This document shows positions 14,273-26,113 of a DNA stretch of 64,000 bases, one piece after another. The notes beneath the pieces are model-generated. The model searched no databases. It was not told the DNA's origin and saw nothing but the letters and a program-made list of their open reading frames with translations. A program made the translations under genes and the position numbers. Each line of letters opens with the position of its first letter. The first letter of the stretch is position 1. Source of the DNA: Hormiphora californensis. Its lineage: Eukaryota > Animalia > Ctenophora. Location: the NCBI GenBank assembly GCA_020137815.1, contig CM035353.1, positions 558,001-622,000 of the forward strand, written 5' to 3'.

Positions 14273-14900
14273 CTAGTAAACCCGTTCGCCCTACGGGCGA
14301 ATTTCGGGGAAATGGTAGCTGGGTTATGGAGCACTGACATCACCAGTCGAACTGTTGACATGCACCATCCCATCTTAAGTTACTGTACCGTAAAAGGAGC
14401 TCAGGCGGGATCGCTGCGAGTTTCAGAACGTCAGATGATGATGATCGGGCGATCAAAGTGATAAAAGAACTTACTATTTTGCAGACTCCTCGCGTTTCGT
14501 CTGTTTGCAGTATTCATCTGAGATTGATCATCGGTTCTGTCTAACCTCCAACGTCTTTTTTGTTGTCTCTGCACTTCTCTTGGTGTTGCTGTATTTAAAT
14601 CCCTCAGTGTATGGAAAAGTAGAGAAAAGTAGTGAGATATCCAATTGTCGCTTTCCTATATCAACGGTTGTTGAAGAGAGTATAATAGCTGGAACAGTGA
14701 CACAATACAAAGCAAGAACAGCTGCACGTGCAGCTGCAGTACGTAGTAACAATCCTTGGTAACGACTCACACCCCTGGCCCCACTCCAGCTATAGTACTC
14801 CACCTCTAAACCTGCACGTGCAAAATGCCATATTTGGTAAAAATATCATCACCCATCATTTCCCTATTTGCTTTAATAATAGTATGATATATTTTATAAA
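14273..14900 (-). mobile_element. Second Helitron-like family (3' end clear, 5' end approximate)
   Basis: Minus strand ends TTCGCCCGTAGGGCGAA hairpin + CGGGTTTACTAG|T; degraded paralog at ~10055-10800. Confidence 0.55.
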
Positions 14901-15315
14901 TCTTATTTGGTATGATTACTACTATGGCTATATTGTTCTATCTTTTTCTCTTGAAATATGTTGCAAGCAAGAGAAAAAAAAGAGAAAATATGATATTGTT
15001 TCTGAGTTGCGATTAGGGTTGTCTGTTTCATGTTGTTTTTAATTCCATATGGAATATGGAATTTCAATGTCCCAAAAAATTCCATCTACAGCGGTACGGG
15101 TTTGCTAGTTTACAGTTAGCCATTTTTTCCCATATCGATTATACCTTTCTCGCCAGTCGTCAGGACCGGGTAATAAAGTTTCGACTAACTATTTAAAATT
15201 GGACTTAACGTGAGCTCTAGCGTTGTTATGTTCTAACCCTCCTTTTACATTTGTAAAGGTGTTTCGGGTGCGGGGCGCCCGAAACACAGTCTAGCCAGGC
15301 AACTCTAGCGCCGTC

Positions 15316-15880
15316 TAGGAAACAGACGGTTTACGATTTTCAAGTTCGGTTCGGTTCGGTTTATAGAGGCCAAATTTTTTTCGGTTCGGTTTGGTTTATG
15401 GAGGTCAAATTTTTTTTCGGTTCGTTTCGGTTTGTGGAGCTCAAATTTTTTCGGTTTGGTTCGGTTTGGTTTATAAAGGCCAAATATTTTTCGGTTCGGT
15501 TCGGTTCGGTTTGCGGTTCGGTTCAGTTCGGTTCGGTTCGGTCTACGGTTCGGTTCGGTTCGGTTCAGTAAAAAAATTTCGGTTCGGTTCGGTTTGAAGA
15601 GGTCAAAAAATTTTCGGTTCGGTTCGGTTCGGTTTATAGAGGCCAACATTTTTTCGGTTCGGTTCGGTTCGGTTTATGGAGGTCAAAAATTTTGTCGGTT
15701 CGGTTTGTGAAGATCAAACATTTTTTCGGTTCGGTTTCTGGAGCTCAAGATTTTTTTCGGTTCGGTTTGGTTCGGTTTTATTGACTCAAAAAATTTTTCG
15801 GTTCGGTTCGGTTTATTTTTGCTAAAAACAGTTCGGTTCAGCTCGGTTTCGGTTCGGTTCGGAAAACCGTTTGTTTCCTA
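15316..15880. mobile_element. hAT-like MITE filled with (TTCGG)n subterminal repeats
   Basis: TAGGAAACAGACGGTTT...AAACCGTTTGTTTCCTA TIRs; 8-bp TSD GCGCCGTC/GCGCCGGC (7/8). Confidence 0.82.
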
Positions 15881-15958
15881 GCGCCGGCCCCGTTTGAGAT
15901 ACAGCTGGGAGATAGTGATATTAGTAGAACGATTTTAAAATTGCCACCCTTTCTAAGA

Positions 15959-17077
15959 ATGTATCTAACTGTGTGGGTCCTCTTTGGTACTTGTATGGCC
16001 GCTGATCCATGGTCAAACCCTGCCTTAATGAAATGCTTCAAACTGTCAACCCCTGTAAAGCACCCACCACCATTTAATTGGGTGACGACGAGTACTCCGG
16101 TGGCATGCGCTGATCTGTGTTTACTGTATAGCACATGTACAACTGTTTCATTTCACTTTGTAACCCGGGTGTGCTCTCTGTATGACATGGCTCGCTTTAC
16201 CGCCCAACCATCGACTCTTCAACTGTTAGCAAAAAGAGGTTGCCTTGAAATCAACAACTACTACAACGCTCTCAATATACCACAAGTTATTGAGATGGTT
16301 TCCGATATTAACAAGGACTTTGTCTTTCAACGATACATAGTGCAACGACTTTTGAAGGTATGTCTAGCAAGGATTGGTGCGGTGGGGCTCACCTGGGGAA
16401 AGTGTTCTGGAGCAGACATCCTTACTTGGAGGATAGAACAATTAGGCAAAGTACCGGGTAACTCCATTCTTGTTCGGCTAAGGGTGAAATACACAGATCT
16501 CTGTCTAGCTCATGGAACATACATCACACAAGTAACAGAGAGTGGTGTTTTCATTTCCAACTGTTCGAGAAATGCCACAACCGACACCACTCAACAGTTC
16601 GCAATTGCATTGAAGGAACATTTGGAATTTGGAATTGATTTGGCCATTGTAACACCTGACAGCAGCCTTCTTTACGCATCTGTGAAAAATTCCACATATG
16701 AAGCGTTTTCTAAGAAACAATTGAATGGATTCTTTGTTCCGAGTTGTTTAATGCCCTGTGATACTACAGCCACCCCAGGAGGGAAGTATGGTGAAATTCG
16801 CACTGGGCCTGCTGGCCTCACCCAAGTGCAGCCTGGTGTCATAGCGACCCAGGTGTGTCCCAATGGGGCCGAGACCCCGGTCACTTGTTCTAACCGCACC
16901 TTCACCGGTCTCATTCAGTGTACCAAAGAAGAGATGGAACTAGAGGAAGGGAAGAAGGTGATTCAGAGCAAGCTGCTCTATACTCTTTACGCTATGAGCT
17001 CGGCATTCTGTTTGTTATGTCTCCCCACTGTTTTTATGTGGTCATTTATTTATCATTTTGTGAAAGGACAAAAATAA
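15959..17077 (+). CDS. Intronless type I membrane protein: signal peptide, PAN/apple-like domain, possible ricin-type beta-trefoil segment, sushi-like Cys module, C-terminal TM
   Basis: 372-codon uninterrupted ORF from ATG 15959; hydrophobic N-terminus; PAN-like pattern ACADLCLLYSTCTTVSF....CSLY; LCLAH..FISNCS..QQFAI; TM near C-terminus. Confidence 0.75.
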   Translation: MYLTVWVLFGTCMAADPWSNPALMKCFKLSTPVKHPPPFNWVTTSTPVACADLCLLYSTCTTVSFHFVTRVCSLYDMARFTAQPSTLQLLAKRGCLEINNYYNALNIPQVIEMVSDINKDFVFQRYIVQRLLKVCLARIGAVGLTWGKCSGADILTWRIEQLGKVPGNSILVRLRVKYTDLCLAHGTYITQVTESGVFISNCSRNATTDTTQQFAIALKEHLEFGIDLAIVTPDSSLLYASVKNSTYEAFSKKQLNGFFVPSCLMPCDTTATPGGKYGEIRTGPAGLTQVQPGVIATQVCPNGAETPVTCSNRTFTGLIQCTKEEMELEEGKKVIQSKLLYTLYAMSSAFCLLCLPTVFMWSFIYHFVKGQK

Positions 17078-17649
17078 ACTGTTTCAATGACCGGCGATTG
17101 ATTTAACATATTTTAAGCTCTTTATCAAGTATGTATTTAAATTAGTTGGTGCTATTTTTAATTAGTTAATGCTCTTTTAACTCAACGTTGTTACTTTGTG
17201 CTAAAACAACTGGGAATACCCGATATTGGCACACGTTTTTAGGCCAATTGGCGAACATTTGGCGCCAATTTTTGGCGATGGCCCACTATCGCCAAATTGG
17301 CGGTATGTAGTTTGGCGCCACGTGAAAAAGTTTCATTCATTTTGAACGTGAAGTTGATGACTTGGTTTGTTTATACGACTGGCATCATGGTTTATACACA
17401 ATGTTAACAGATGTATAACATCTACATGGTACGAACTAACTGCCATTCTGCCTCAACCCAGTCTTCCATTCGGATTTGTACAAGAAATGCCGCTATTGCC
17501 ACGTTATTTTTTGGGTCGATATCCTAAGGGAGAGCCTATAATCTATATCTGATCTCCAGAGGAAACAGGATGCACACCAGGGAGGTTCTTATGGTGCACC
17601 CACCATGTCATTTGAAATGCAACCAACTAAATTACAACCACTACCCACT

Positions 17650-18649
17650 TAGTAAGGTGATAAGCCAGGAACACCACAAAAAAATTTTTTACAAAGGATT
17701 TCCACCTCAAATGTACTCCTAAGGGTCCCCTCTATCGATTCCAACCAATGCTCATATTTGCTCAGGGGTGCTAAGGCCTCATTTCCGGGTGGGCGTGGTA
17801 CCTGTATTTTCAGCCTGAGGCCAAAACCATAAATACCCTTAAAATAGGAGTAGAGACAAAACTGAGGGCACTAAAATGATCAGCGTCCTCTAATTAGTGG
17901 GGGTAGGTGCTAAAATTAAGTCCCTATCTCATCTGGTTAATTAGATAATTGGATAATTAGTTTTGCGCATAACCGTTTTTGGCTATATGGCTATAGCCAC
18001 TTAGGAATGGTTAAGAGACTTTTCATTGGTGCCATTTTGTAGGCAAAGCGAAATTATGGGGGGTCGACGTTGGACTTTTAAGCTCTATCTTCAACCGTTT
18101 AGCCGTTATTTGGCTTTAACGGTGTTCAAAATTGGGCTTTTTACCGTATTTTGCTCATTTGGAGCATCTTAAAAGCCAAATAACGGCTAAGCGGTTGAAG
18201 ATAGAGCTTAAAAGTCCGACGTCGACCCCCATAATTTCGCTTTGCCTACAAAATGGCACCAATGAAAAGTCTCTTAACCATTCCTAAGTGGCTATAGCCT
18301 TATAGCCAAAAAACGGTTATGCGCAAAACTAATTATCCAATTATCTAATTAACCAGATGAGATAGAGACTTAATTTTAGCACCTACCCCCACTAATTAGA
18401 GGACGCTGATCATTTTAGTGCCCTCAGTTTTGTCTCTACTCCTATTTTAAGGGTATTTATGGTTTTGGCCTCAGGCTGAAAATACAGGTACCACGCCCAC
18501 CCGGAAATGAGGCCTTAGCACCCCTGAGCAAATATGAGCATTGGTTGGAATCGATAGAGGGGACCCTTAGGAGTACGTTTCAGGTGGAAATCCTTTGTAA
18601 CAAATTTTTTTCTGGTTGGGGCTAAAATTTTAGTTAAATCCCCTTACTA
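17650..18649. mobile_element. Academ-like non-autonomous foldback element
   Basis: TAGTAAGG...CCTTACTA termini, 3-bp TSD ACT, ~430-bp near-perfect inverted arms (~17690-18120 / 18175-18605). Confidence 0.78.
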
Positions 18650-18750
18650 ACTGTTACGGAGGAGTAATTCTTGAAAAGTACCTTCTGCCAAAAAATCGAA
18701 TACTTTCAATTTAACATTCAGCAGGTTATTTAGTTTGCGAGCAGCTTATG

Positions 18751-18974
18751 ACAGTGGTCATCCGACATAATTGCCATATCTCGACGTGAACTTCGACGTG
18801 GAATTCGACGAGGAATAGCAGGCGTTTGTAGTTATGAACGCCTGCTGTGCGTGGCACATTGGCACGTGCGGCATGGGCAGCAGGCGTTCATAACTACAAA
18901 CGCCTGCTATTCCTCGTCGAATTCCACGTCGAAGTTCACGTCGAGATATGGCAATTATGTCGGATGACCACTGT
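18751..18974. mobile_element. Hairpin MITE (ACAGTGG termini, possibly Transib-like)
   Basis: ~97-bp perfect inverted arms acagtggtcatccgac...gtcggatgaccactgt; no TSD seen. Confidence 0.7.
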
Positions 18975-20472
18975 GAGACATGATACCATTTAGATTTGAA
19001 TAAATCTCAATTTTTAAAGTAACAAGGGTTTATTCGAACCTTCTATGTTTCCGGGTATCCTAATTAATTTATAGATTAATTAGAATACCCGGAAATATAC
19101 AAATTTCAATTTATCCTATCAAGAGTCAAAACTATCCAGCTTTCGGGAGCTTGATACATTAAATGATGTGGTCACACAAAGGAATAACCTGCTAAACAAA
19201 CATGAATTAGGATACCCGGAAATATAAAATATCGATTTATTTAGCTTAATAATCCTTAAAGTAATAGTGGCGCAACGTGTTTTCTCACAAAACTTAGTGG
19301 ATGAACAGGGAGTACCATCAGGACCATTGCAAAAAGACATAATATAGGGGTTTGGAATTCGACAATTTCACATACTAGTGAGGTGTCACGGTCACAAAAC
19401 TGGCTGTAACACGCTCATTTGCGAGGGACAACGGTGTTGCTCCTTCATCAAATACTTCAATGGCACGTTTCCAGGAAATGTGAGCCGCACAATGTGGCAC
19501 GCAATTTAGTGCTACTAAAACACAAATTTATTTGTTCTATACAGTGATTCATAAATTATCGGAAACGTCTGTCCCACCTTCACATTACAGAGCAACTTAC
19601 AAAAAAGTTGGGGTATTTATGTGTTTGGGGTATACTAACCTGCGTGCCACCGCCACACGTATTTTGATTGGGTTGTTAGCACTCATGCTGCGCCAGTAAG
19701 TTAACCCTTGCACGGCTCTCACACGTATTTTGATACAAACATACCCGAGTACTTATATAATAAGTCACCCGGGTACTTTTTGTTGGCCCCTTAGATGGTT
19801 ATGAAAGTAAAGGTTGGCAGGGAAACATAGCATTATGAAACATAATGCAGTTATTCTTGTTTGACGCTAAAAACGATGGAAGCATCCATTTCAATCCACA
19901 ATGCACAAATCTTGCTGTAGAGCAATTTTGTGAAAGTTCAAATAATGAACCTATTATGTCATATCTCATGAACGAGACAGAATTAGAAATTTTCGATACC
20001 ATTCCAATGGTCCTGATGATACTCCCCGTTCATCCACTAAGTTAACTTGAAGGATTATTAATTATAAATAAATCGATTTTTTATATTTCCGGGTATCCTA
20101 TTTCATGTTTGTTTAGCAGGTTATTCCTTTGTGTGACCACATCATTTGGGGGGGGGGGGGGTTCAACCTAAAAATTTCCATTTCCATTTGCCAAAATCCG
20201 GGTATCGATGGAAATTTTTAGAATTTTTTAGAAATTTTTAGAAGTTTTTAGTACTAAAAATTTCCAAAAATTTCTAAAAATTTCCATCAATTTCCAAAAA
20301 TTTCTAAAAATTTCCAAAAATTTCCAAAAACTTCCATTGACCAAGAAAAGAAAAACTAACAAAAACATGAAAATATACAAACACAGTTGTCGCAGAACTG
20401 GTTACTTTTCCTTACCTCTTGTGAGCACTGAGCATCAATAAATCATTTAATAATAGGTCAAAAACATCATTA

Positions 20473-22498
20473 CAGTCGGACCCCGATTTAACGGCACCCT
20501 CGGGGGAAAGGGTTTTGTCCGTTAAATCGGGGTGTCCGTTAAATCGGGGTAGAGCATATTTGGCCTATAAAACCCTATTTTTGTCCAAAATGCTAAACTG
20601 AAACACCTCTAAGTGTTAAATACTATGTCCATGTATTGATTACATGATCATTTCTGATTAGAAAAAGAAAAATTTTTCAATTTTTCAAAAAAGTTATAAA
20701 AATTTCTAAGGTACTAGGTATATCAACCACGTCTGAATCGTTTATCGAATCAGTGCATCTTATCGCATGTCTTGCTGCTAATTAGACGGTTCGAAACGAA
20801 CCGATACGTGATACTATGCCGAATCGGGGCACTTTAAGCGAGGTGAGGAAGACTTTGAATTTCAAAATATCTTTTTCTCTGAAAATTCATGGGGAGCACC
20901 GATCAAAGCATTGCCAATCATCCTTATTATAATTTGCAAATGCGTGGCGTGATGAGTATGATGATGTCCTATCCACACGTGCAAATGGTGGGGGGTTGCC
21001 AAGGAGGTGGCTTGGGAGGGATATTGGAGGGGGGATACTGCACGTGCATGTTGTTGTTTGTTAGTTGCGTGTTCCTGTGTTGTTCCTGTGGTGTTTTGGG
21101 ATCTACTGTTGGGCCACCATGATAGCCAAAGCCTTTCTACCTACGTACCCCGTTGATTCTCTACACAGCTACAATTCTACGGATCTTTATCACCTGATTC
21201 TACATGTTAATCAGCGGGATTTCCCTTGATGTTTATCACCAGCGCTCTACCACTATAATACCAGCCTCCGTATTCTTTACCCCGACACGGAGAGACGAAT
21301 AGTAAGAGAGGGAGAGACATGGGGACGGGTGGGGGGGGGGCTATTGTAGGACTTCAATGGGCTTTCTAGTCTCTATTATAAGTTGGAGATGAACGTCGTC
21401 TAAGAAGCGTGCAACACTAGCGTGCAACAATTTGCTCCATTTGCCCGTGCGAATCAAGGGGTTGTTATGGTGGGTGGGCAAGGGTGTGAATACTGCACGT
21501 GCATGTTGTTGGATGTTATGTTGCGTGTTCCTGCGGTGTTTTGTGGTGTTTTGCCATCTACTACTGCTGCCCCAATGATTGCCAAAGCTTCACTACCTAC
21601 GTACCCCCGATAATTACTCTACACAGCTACAATTCTACGGATGTTCATCACCTAATTCGACACTTTTCAAGTGGCCCTCTTCTGCACTGATCAGTGATCA
21701 GTGATCACCCTTGATGTTCATCACCATCCCTTATACCACTCTACCAACAGATAAGACGGGTGAGGGGATTCAACAGGGGGAGTGTAAGGATTCAATATGT
21801 GTGAGGGGCGTCAACAAAGCCCGGCCGGGAGAGGGGCCGGGGTGAGCAATGAATGAGGATTCAATAATGTGGGGCGACAGGAGGGGGGAGGAGTCAGTAG
21901 GGGGTGAGTGGAGTCATTAGGGGTTGAGGGGAGTCATTAGGGGGTGAGGAGAGTCAATAATCCAAAGAGCTTTGCTTTTGCTAGGGTATCAATGGGATTA
22001 GGGCGCAGGGAGGGGTGGTCGGGGTTGAGAGGACTGAGAGGAGTTTTTTGGTCTTTTGCCTGTCGCCTGGGCTCTCTAGTTTTGTAAAATTTTGCAAAAA
22101 AAAGTTATGAAAATTTTTCAAAGGTATAATAACCACCTCCGAATCGTATTTCGAATCAGTGCATCTTATCGCACGTCCTGTCGCTAATTAGACGGTTCGA
22201 AACGAACCGATACGTGATCCCTATGGAGCCAGTTTAACAAGTGTCAAAATTACGATTCGATGGGCCTCATGGGGATCACATATCTGTTCGTTTCGAACCG
22301 TCTAATTACCGGCAAGACATGCAATAAGATGCACCGATTCGAAACACGATTCGGACGTGGTTGATACACCTTTGAAAAATTTTCAAAAAAATTTCAAAAA
22401 AATTTCAAAAAAAAATTTCAAAAATTTTGGGGGAAATTTATCCTGCCGTTAAATCGGGGTGCCGCTAAATCGGGGGCCGTTAAATCGGGGTCCAACTG
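20473..22498. mobile_element. 2-kb Tc1/mariner-type non-autonomous element (CAGTCGGACCCC family) nested in B
   Basis: TA|CAGTCGGACCCCGATTTAACGG ... CCGTTAAATCGGGGTCCAACTG|TA; internal repeats and a Helitron H1 5' fragment at ~21370. Confidence 0.8.
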
Positions 22499-23449
22499 TA
22501 TATATTTTTTGGCAATCCGTACAATTTCTTCAGAAATCATAGATTCATTGGCCAACTAAGGCCAACTAAGGGCGTCTCGAAAACTTATTGAAAAGTAAGT
22601 TACCAAATAGCACAAGATACCTTACATTCCTTCGGACGGAATGCCTAATACCGTAGCCCTAGTAAAGGTCGCGCGGGCAATTATGGTGAAAATTGGCCAA
22701 TCTACAAACATTAATGCGCGAATCCTCAACAATATTGGCCAATCTTTGCTGGATGCGCAAATATATTGGCCAATCTTCGCTGTTATTCAGAACGCGCAAT
22801 TGTAAAGCCGCGCTAAAACTGTTAAAGCCGCGCAAAATTATTTAAAATGCAAGCCTGAAAGTCGCGTTGGATGCACGGCAACGGTTACCACAATGCAAGG
22901 AACCTTCTGTGAAACATCTCACCTTCTATTCCCTTCTATTCCCTTTCTAACCCTATCGCCAATTGCTACCCCCTTTCCCGTGCTGTAAACCTTTTGTAAA
23001 ACATCTTACCTTCCCTTTCTAGCCCTCTCGCCAATTTCTACCCCCTTTCCCGTGCTGTAAACCTTTTGTAAAACATCTTACCTTTCCTTTCTAGCCCTAT
23101 TCTACATCCTTCCTGCAGCTTTCTCTCACCTGTTAATCGTGGTTTCACTCCCCCTTCATGGACACTTAACTTTCTTCTCAATCTGGGTTCTGCTGGATTT
23201 CCTTCTACGACCCTCCTGCGGCTTCCTCTCACCTGTGGTGTTTTCACCTATCTTCCCTGTGATCTTCTTCTCCCTCCTACCGCTTTCTCTCATCTGGTCA
23301 TCATGTTTTCACCTCTCCTTCCCTGGGTGTCCTCCACGAAACTAAATTCAGTTTAGTGTTGAAATTTAGAAGTCAAGTTAGTGAGCGACTATTATTTCGC
23401 TAAACTTTAGAAAACCGTCCACGAACAACATGTTAGCACGGGGAGGTCT

Positions 23450-25860
23450 CAAAAAAAAAAAAAAACCATGTTTCGGAGCTTGGTCCGATCCACGTGATCT
23501 TGGGTGTTTTAAAGGGGGTGATTTAAAGGAATTTGGGAAAACCCAATTTGGGAAAAATGGAACCCTTTTCCCCCCTTTTCCAAAAAAAACCCTTTGAAGG
23601 AGGGGGGAAAACAAGGGGGAAAGGGGGGGAAGGGGTTTTTTGGAAAATTTGGGGAGATAAAGAGATGGGAATCGGGGGGGGGGGTTTTTAAAGGGGGATA
23701 ATTTAAATAACCCCAGTGAAGAGAGGGGGGGGGAAAGGGGAAAGGGGAATGAAAGGGGGAAAGGGGAATGAGGGGGGAAATTTTGGGAGAGGAGAAAGGG
23801 GGGAATAAGGGGGAATGAGGGGGGGGAAAGGAGGGGGGGGGAATGAGAAGGGGGAAAAAAAGAGGGGGGATTTAAAATTTTGGGAATAGTTGGTGGAAGG
23901 GGGAAAGGGAAAAGAATGGGGAAATGAGGGGGAAGGTTTGGGAAAAAGGAAAGGGGAATGAGGGGGGAAAAATGAAGGGGGGACTAAAAAAGGGAGAGAG
24001 GGGAAAAAGAGAGACGGACGAGAGAGAGAGGGAAAATTTTCCGGGGGAACAAAGAGAAAGAAGAGATTGGTGGAGGAAAAGAACCAGAACAAGGAGTTCC
24101 CTTTTAACGGGAGGGAAACCCCAAGGAAAGGGAGAGGAGGAAAAGAGTGGGAAGGGGGAAGAAAGGGGAAAAAAAAAGAAGATGGGAGAAGAGGAGAAGA
24201 GAGAGGAGGAGAGAGAGGGGAGAGAAAGAGGGAAAGAGGGGAGAGGGGAAAAGAAAAGAGAGAGAGAGAGAAAAGAGAGAGAGGGGAAAAGGAGAGAGAG
24301 GGATGAGGAAAGGGAGGGGAGGGGAGAGGGGGAGAGAGGGAAGGAGAGAGAGAACAAACCCCTGAATTTAAAATAAAAGAAATATAAATTTGGGGGAAAA
24401 AAACAAGGGGAAATGAACCACTAAATTTAAACCCCCAAAACACATTTGCCCGGCCCCCCCTGCGAAAAAGATACAAGTACCTCCACAAGCTTGAGGGGCC
24501 CCCCATGAGAAAGTGAATAGAGTGCGTAGGGGGAGGTGAATGAGGTGGAATGTGAGGGTGGGAATGATGGAATGGGGCGATATCACACCCCAAAATTTTA
24601 GGGCCCCTTCGTACACATATTTTTAGTTGGATTGTTGCTTTTAAAATTTTTAAAAAAAATTTTAACTGTTCTCTTTTCTCCACTCTTCTTTAAACGTTCA
24701 TTGGGGAAAGATAAATATCAGAAAAGTTTTCGGTCTTCTCAACTCTTTGCCTTTCCCCAATAGAGTACAAAAATTCCCCTCCCATGCCGTGTCGCCCCAA
24801 AATTTGGGGCTCGCCTTGTTACTATTTCACGCCCCAAATTTTCTTACACAGACAGCTTTACCTTCTCGTTTAGGCCCCCCCAAAGATTTTCCCCAAAAAC
24901 CCCTCTTTATCCCCCTTTGCAGTTTTGGGGGGTATTCCCGTTTGCCATCCTCTTTATAACGTTTTTAGAAAATGATGTTTTGCTCCCGGGCAGTTTCCTC
25001 ATCCTTTTAGGCGGTTTTTTCTGCTCGTCGATCATGCCTGCAACCTTGGGTGGTGCCCATGCCGCTGCACAGGATTGACAAGACGGGGGAAGGAAAAAAG
25101 ACTCAATTTTCCCCCCTTTCCCTTTTTTGGCCCCGGCTTTTGCTGCACCTTCCCGATCCTTGTCTTGCAACTGGACACTTTCTTTTGCAAATGGAAAAAA
25201 ACTTTCTGGTACGTTTGAAAACTCCCTTTTTAGCTCAGTTTAAACTTCAATATTTCGTCATTAGCATCCACTCGTTGGTTGGGAAAGGTCAATAACAGGG
25301 AGACACTTTTTAGAAAAAAAAGAGGGACAACTCTTTTAAGCCTTTAAGCAACTTTTTTTTGTTCTTTTTCAAGCGAGGGATCTCCCCCAAGTACCCCAAA
25401 AAAGAGGTTTTTTCTCAATCTTGTACAAAAACCCCTATAAAAAGAAAAAAGTGTACCCCCAACGTCATGAAATTTTCTGGCCAAATTTACAATCTATCGG
25501 CCAAATTTAGTTTTGGGTTTGGAAACAGATTTCAGAAACTTTACTTTTATTTCACCCCCATATCGGTTAAATACAAAAAAACGGGGTGTACACAGGACAT
25601 ACAAAAACCCAAACAACCGTGAAAAAGAGGGGAGAGAAGGGGAGAGAAAGAGAGAATTTTTGAGGAAGGAAAGACGAGGGGGAAGGAGCGAAAAAAGAGA
25701 AAAAGAAAGAGAGAGAAGAATTTAGAAAGGGTAAAAGAGAAAAGGGGAAGGGAGGAGAGGCATGTTCCCCAAGGGGAAAAGAGGGGAGAAGAGATGAGAG
25801 GAAGGGGAGAAGGGGAAGAGACTTGACCCGGGGAAAAAGAGAAAAAGAGAGAGAGAGAGA
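23450..25860. repeat. Low-complexity purine-rich, homopolymer-inflated segment (probably low-accuracy consensus)
   Basis: Long G/A tracts and abundant homopolymer runs; ORFs are F/P/S/L or G/E/R/K compositional artefacts. Confidence 0.8.
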
Positions 25861-26040
25861 TTTCAAATAACTTATTTAATCGCATGAACGATTATAGCCG
25901 GATTACGGTGGTTTATTTATGAAATTCATATAAAGTGTTTTCTAATTTGAAAATGGGGCAGTTCATTCTTATTTTTCGATTGAACCAATCTATTCACTAC
26001 TGTGCCAATTTCCTAAATGTTTTTAAAAAATATGGAAAAA

Positions 26041-26113
26041 GGGTCGATGCTCTGGTCTCGAACCCGACGCCCTGAGGGTGACAGACAAGCTGCTATCAAC
26101 TGAGCCAAATCCG
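26041..26113 (-). other. tRNA-derived sequence (Asp-GTC-like pseudo-tRNA or SINE head)
   Basis: Minus strand GCGGATTTGGCTCAGTTGATAGC (A box)...CTGTCAC...GGGTTCGAGACC (B box); acceptor and anticodon stems do not pair well. Confidence 0.6.

Noticed and set aside
15305-15649. NRTEP-repeat ORF
   Set aside because: Translation of the (TTCGG)n array of a MITE.
20211-20335. CRISPR-like array
   Set aside because: Spacerless 10-bp tandem repeats in a eukaryotic transposon.
23703-24683. 326-aa and overlapping ORFs
   Set aside because: Translations of low-complexity G/A tracts.
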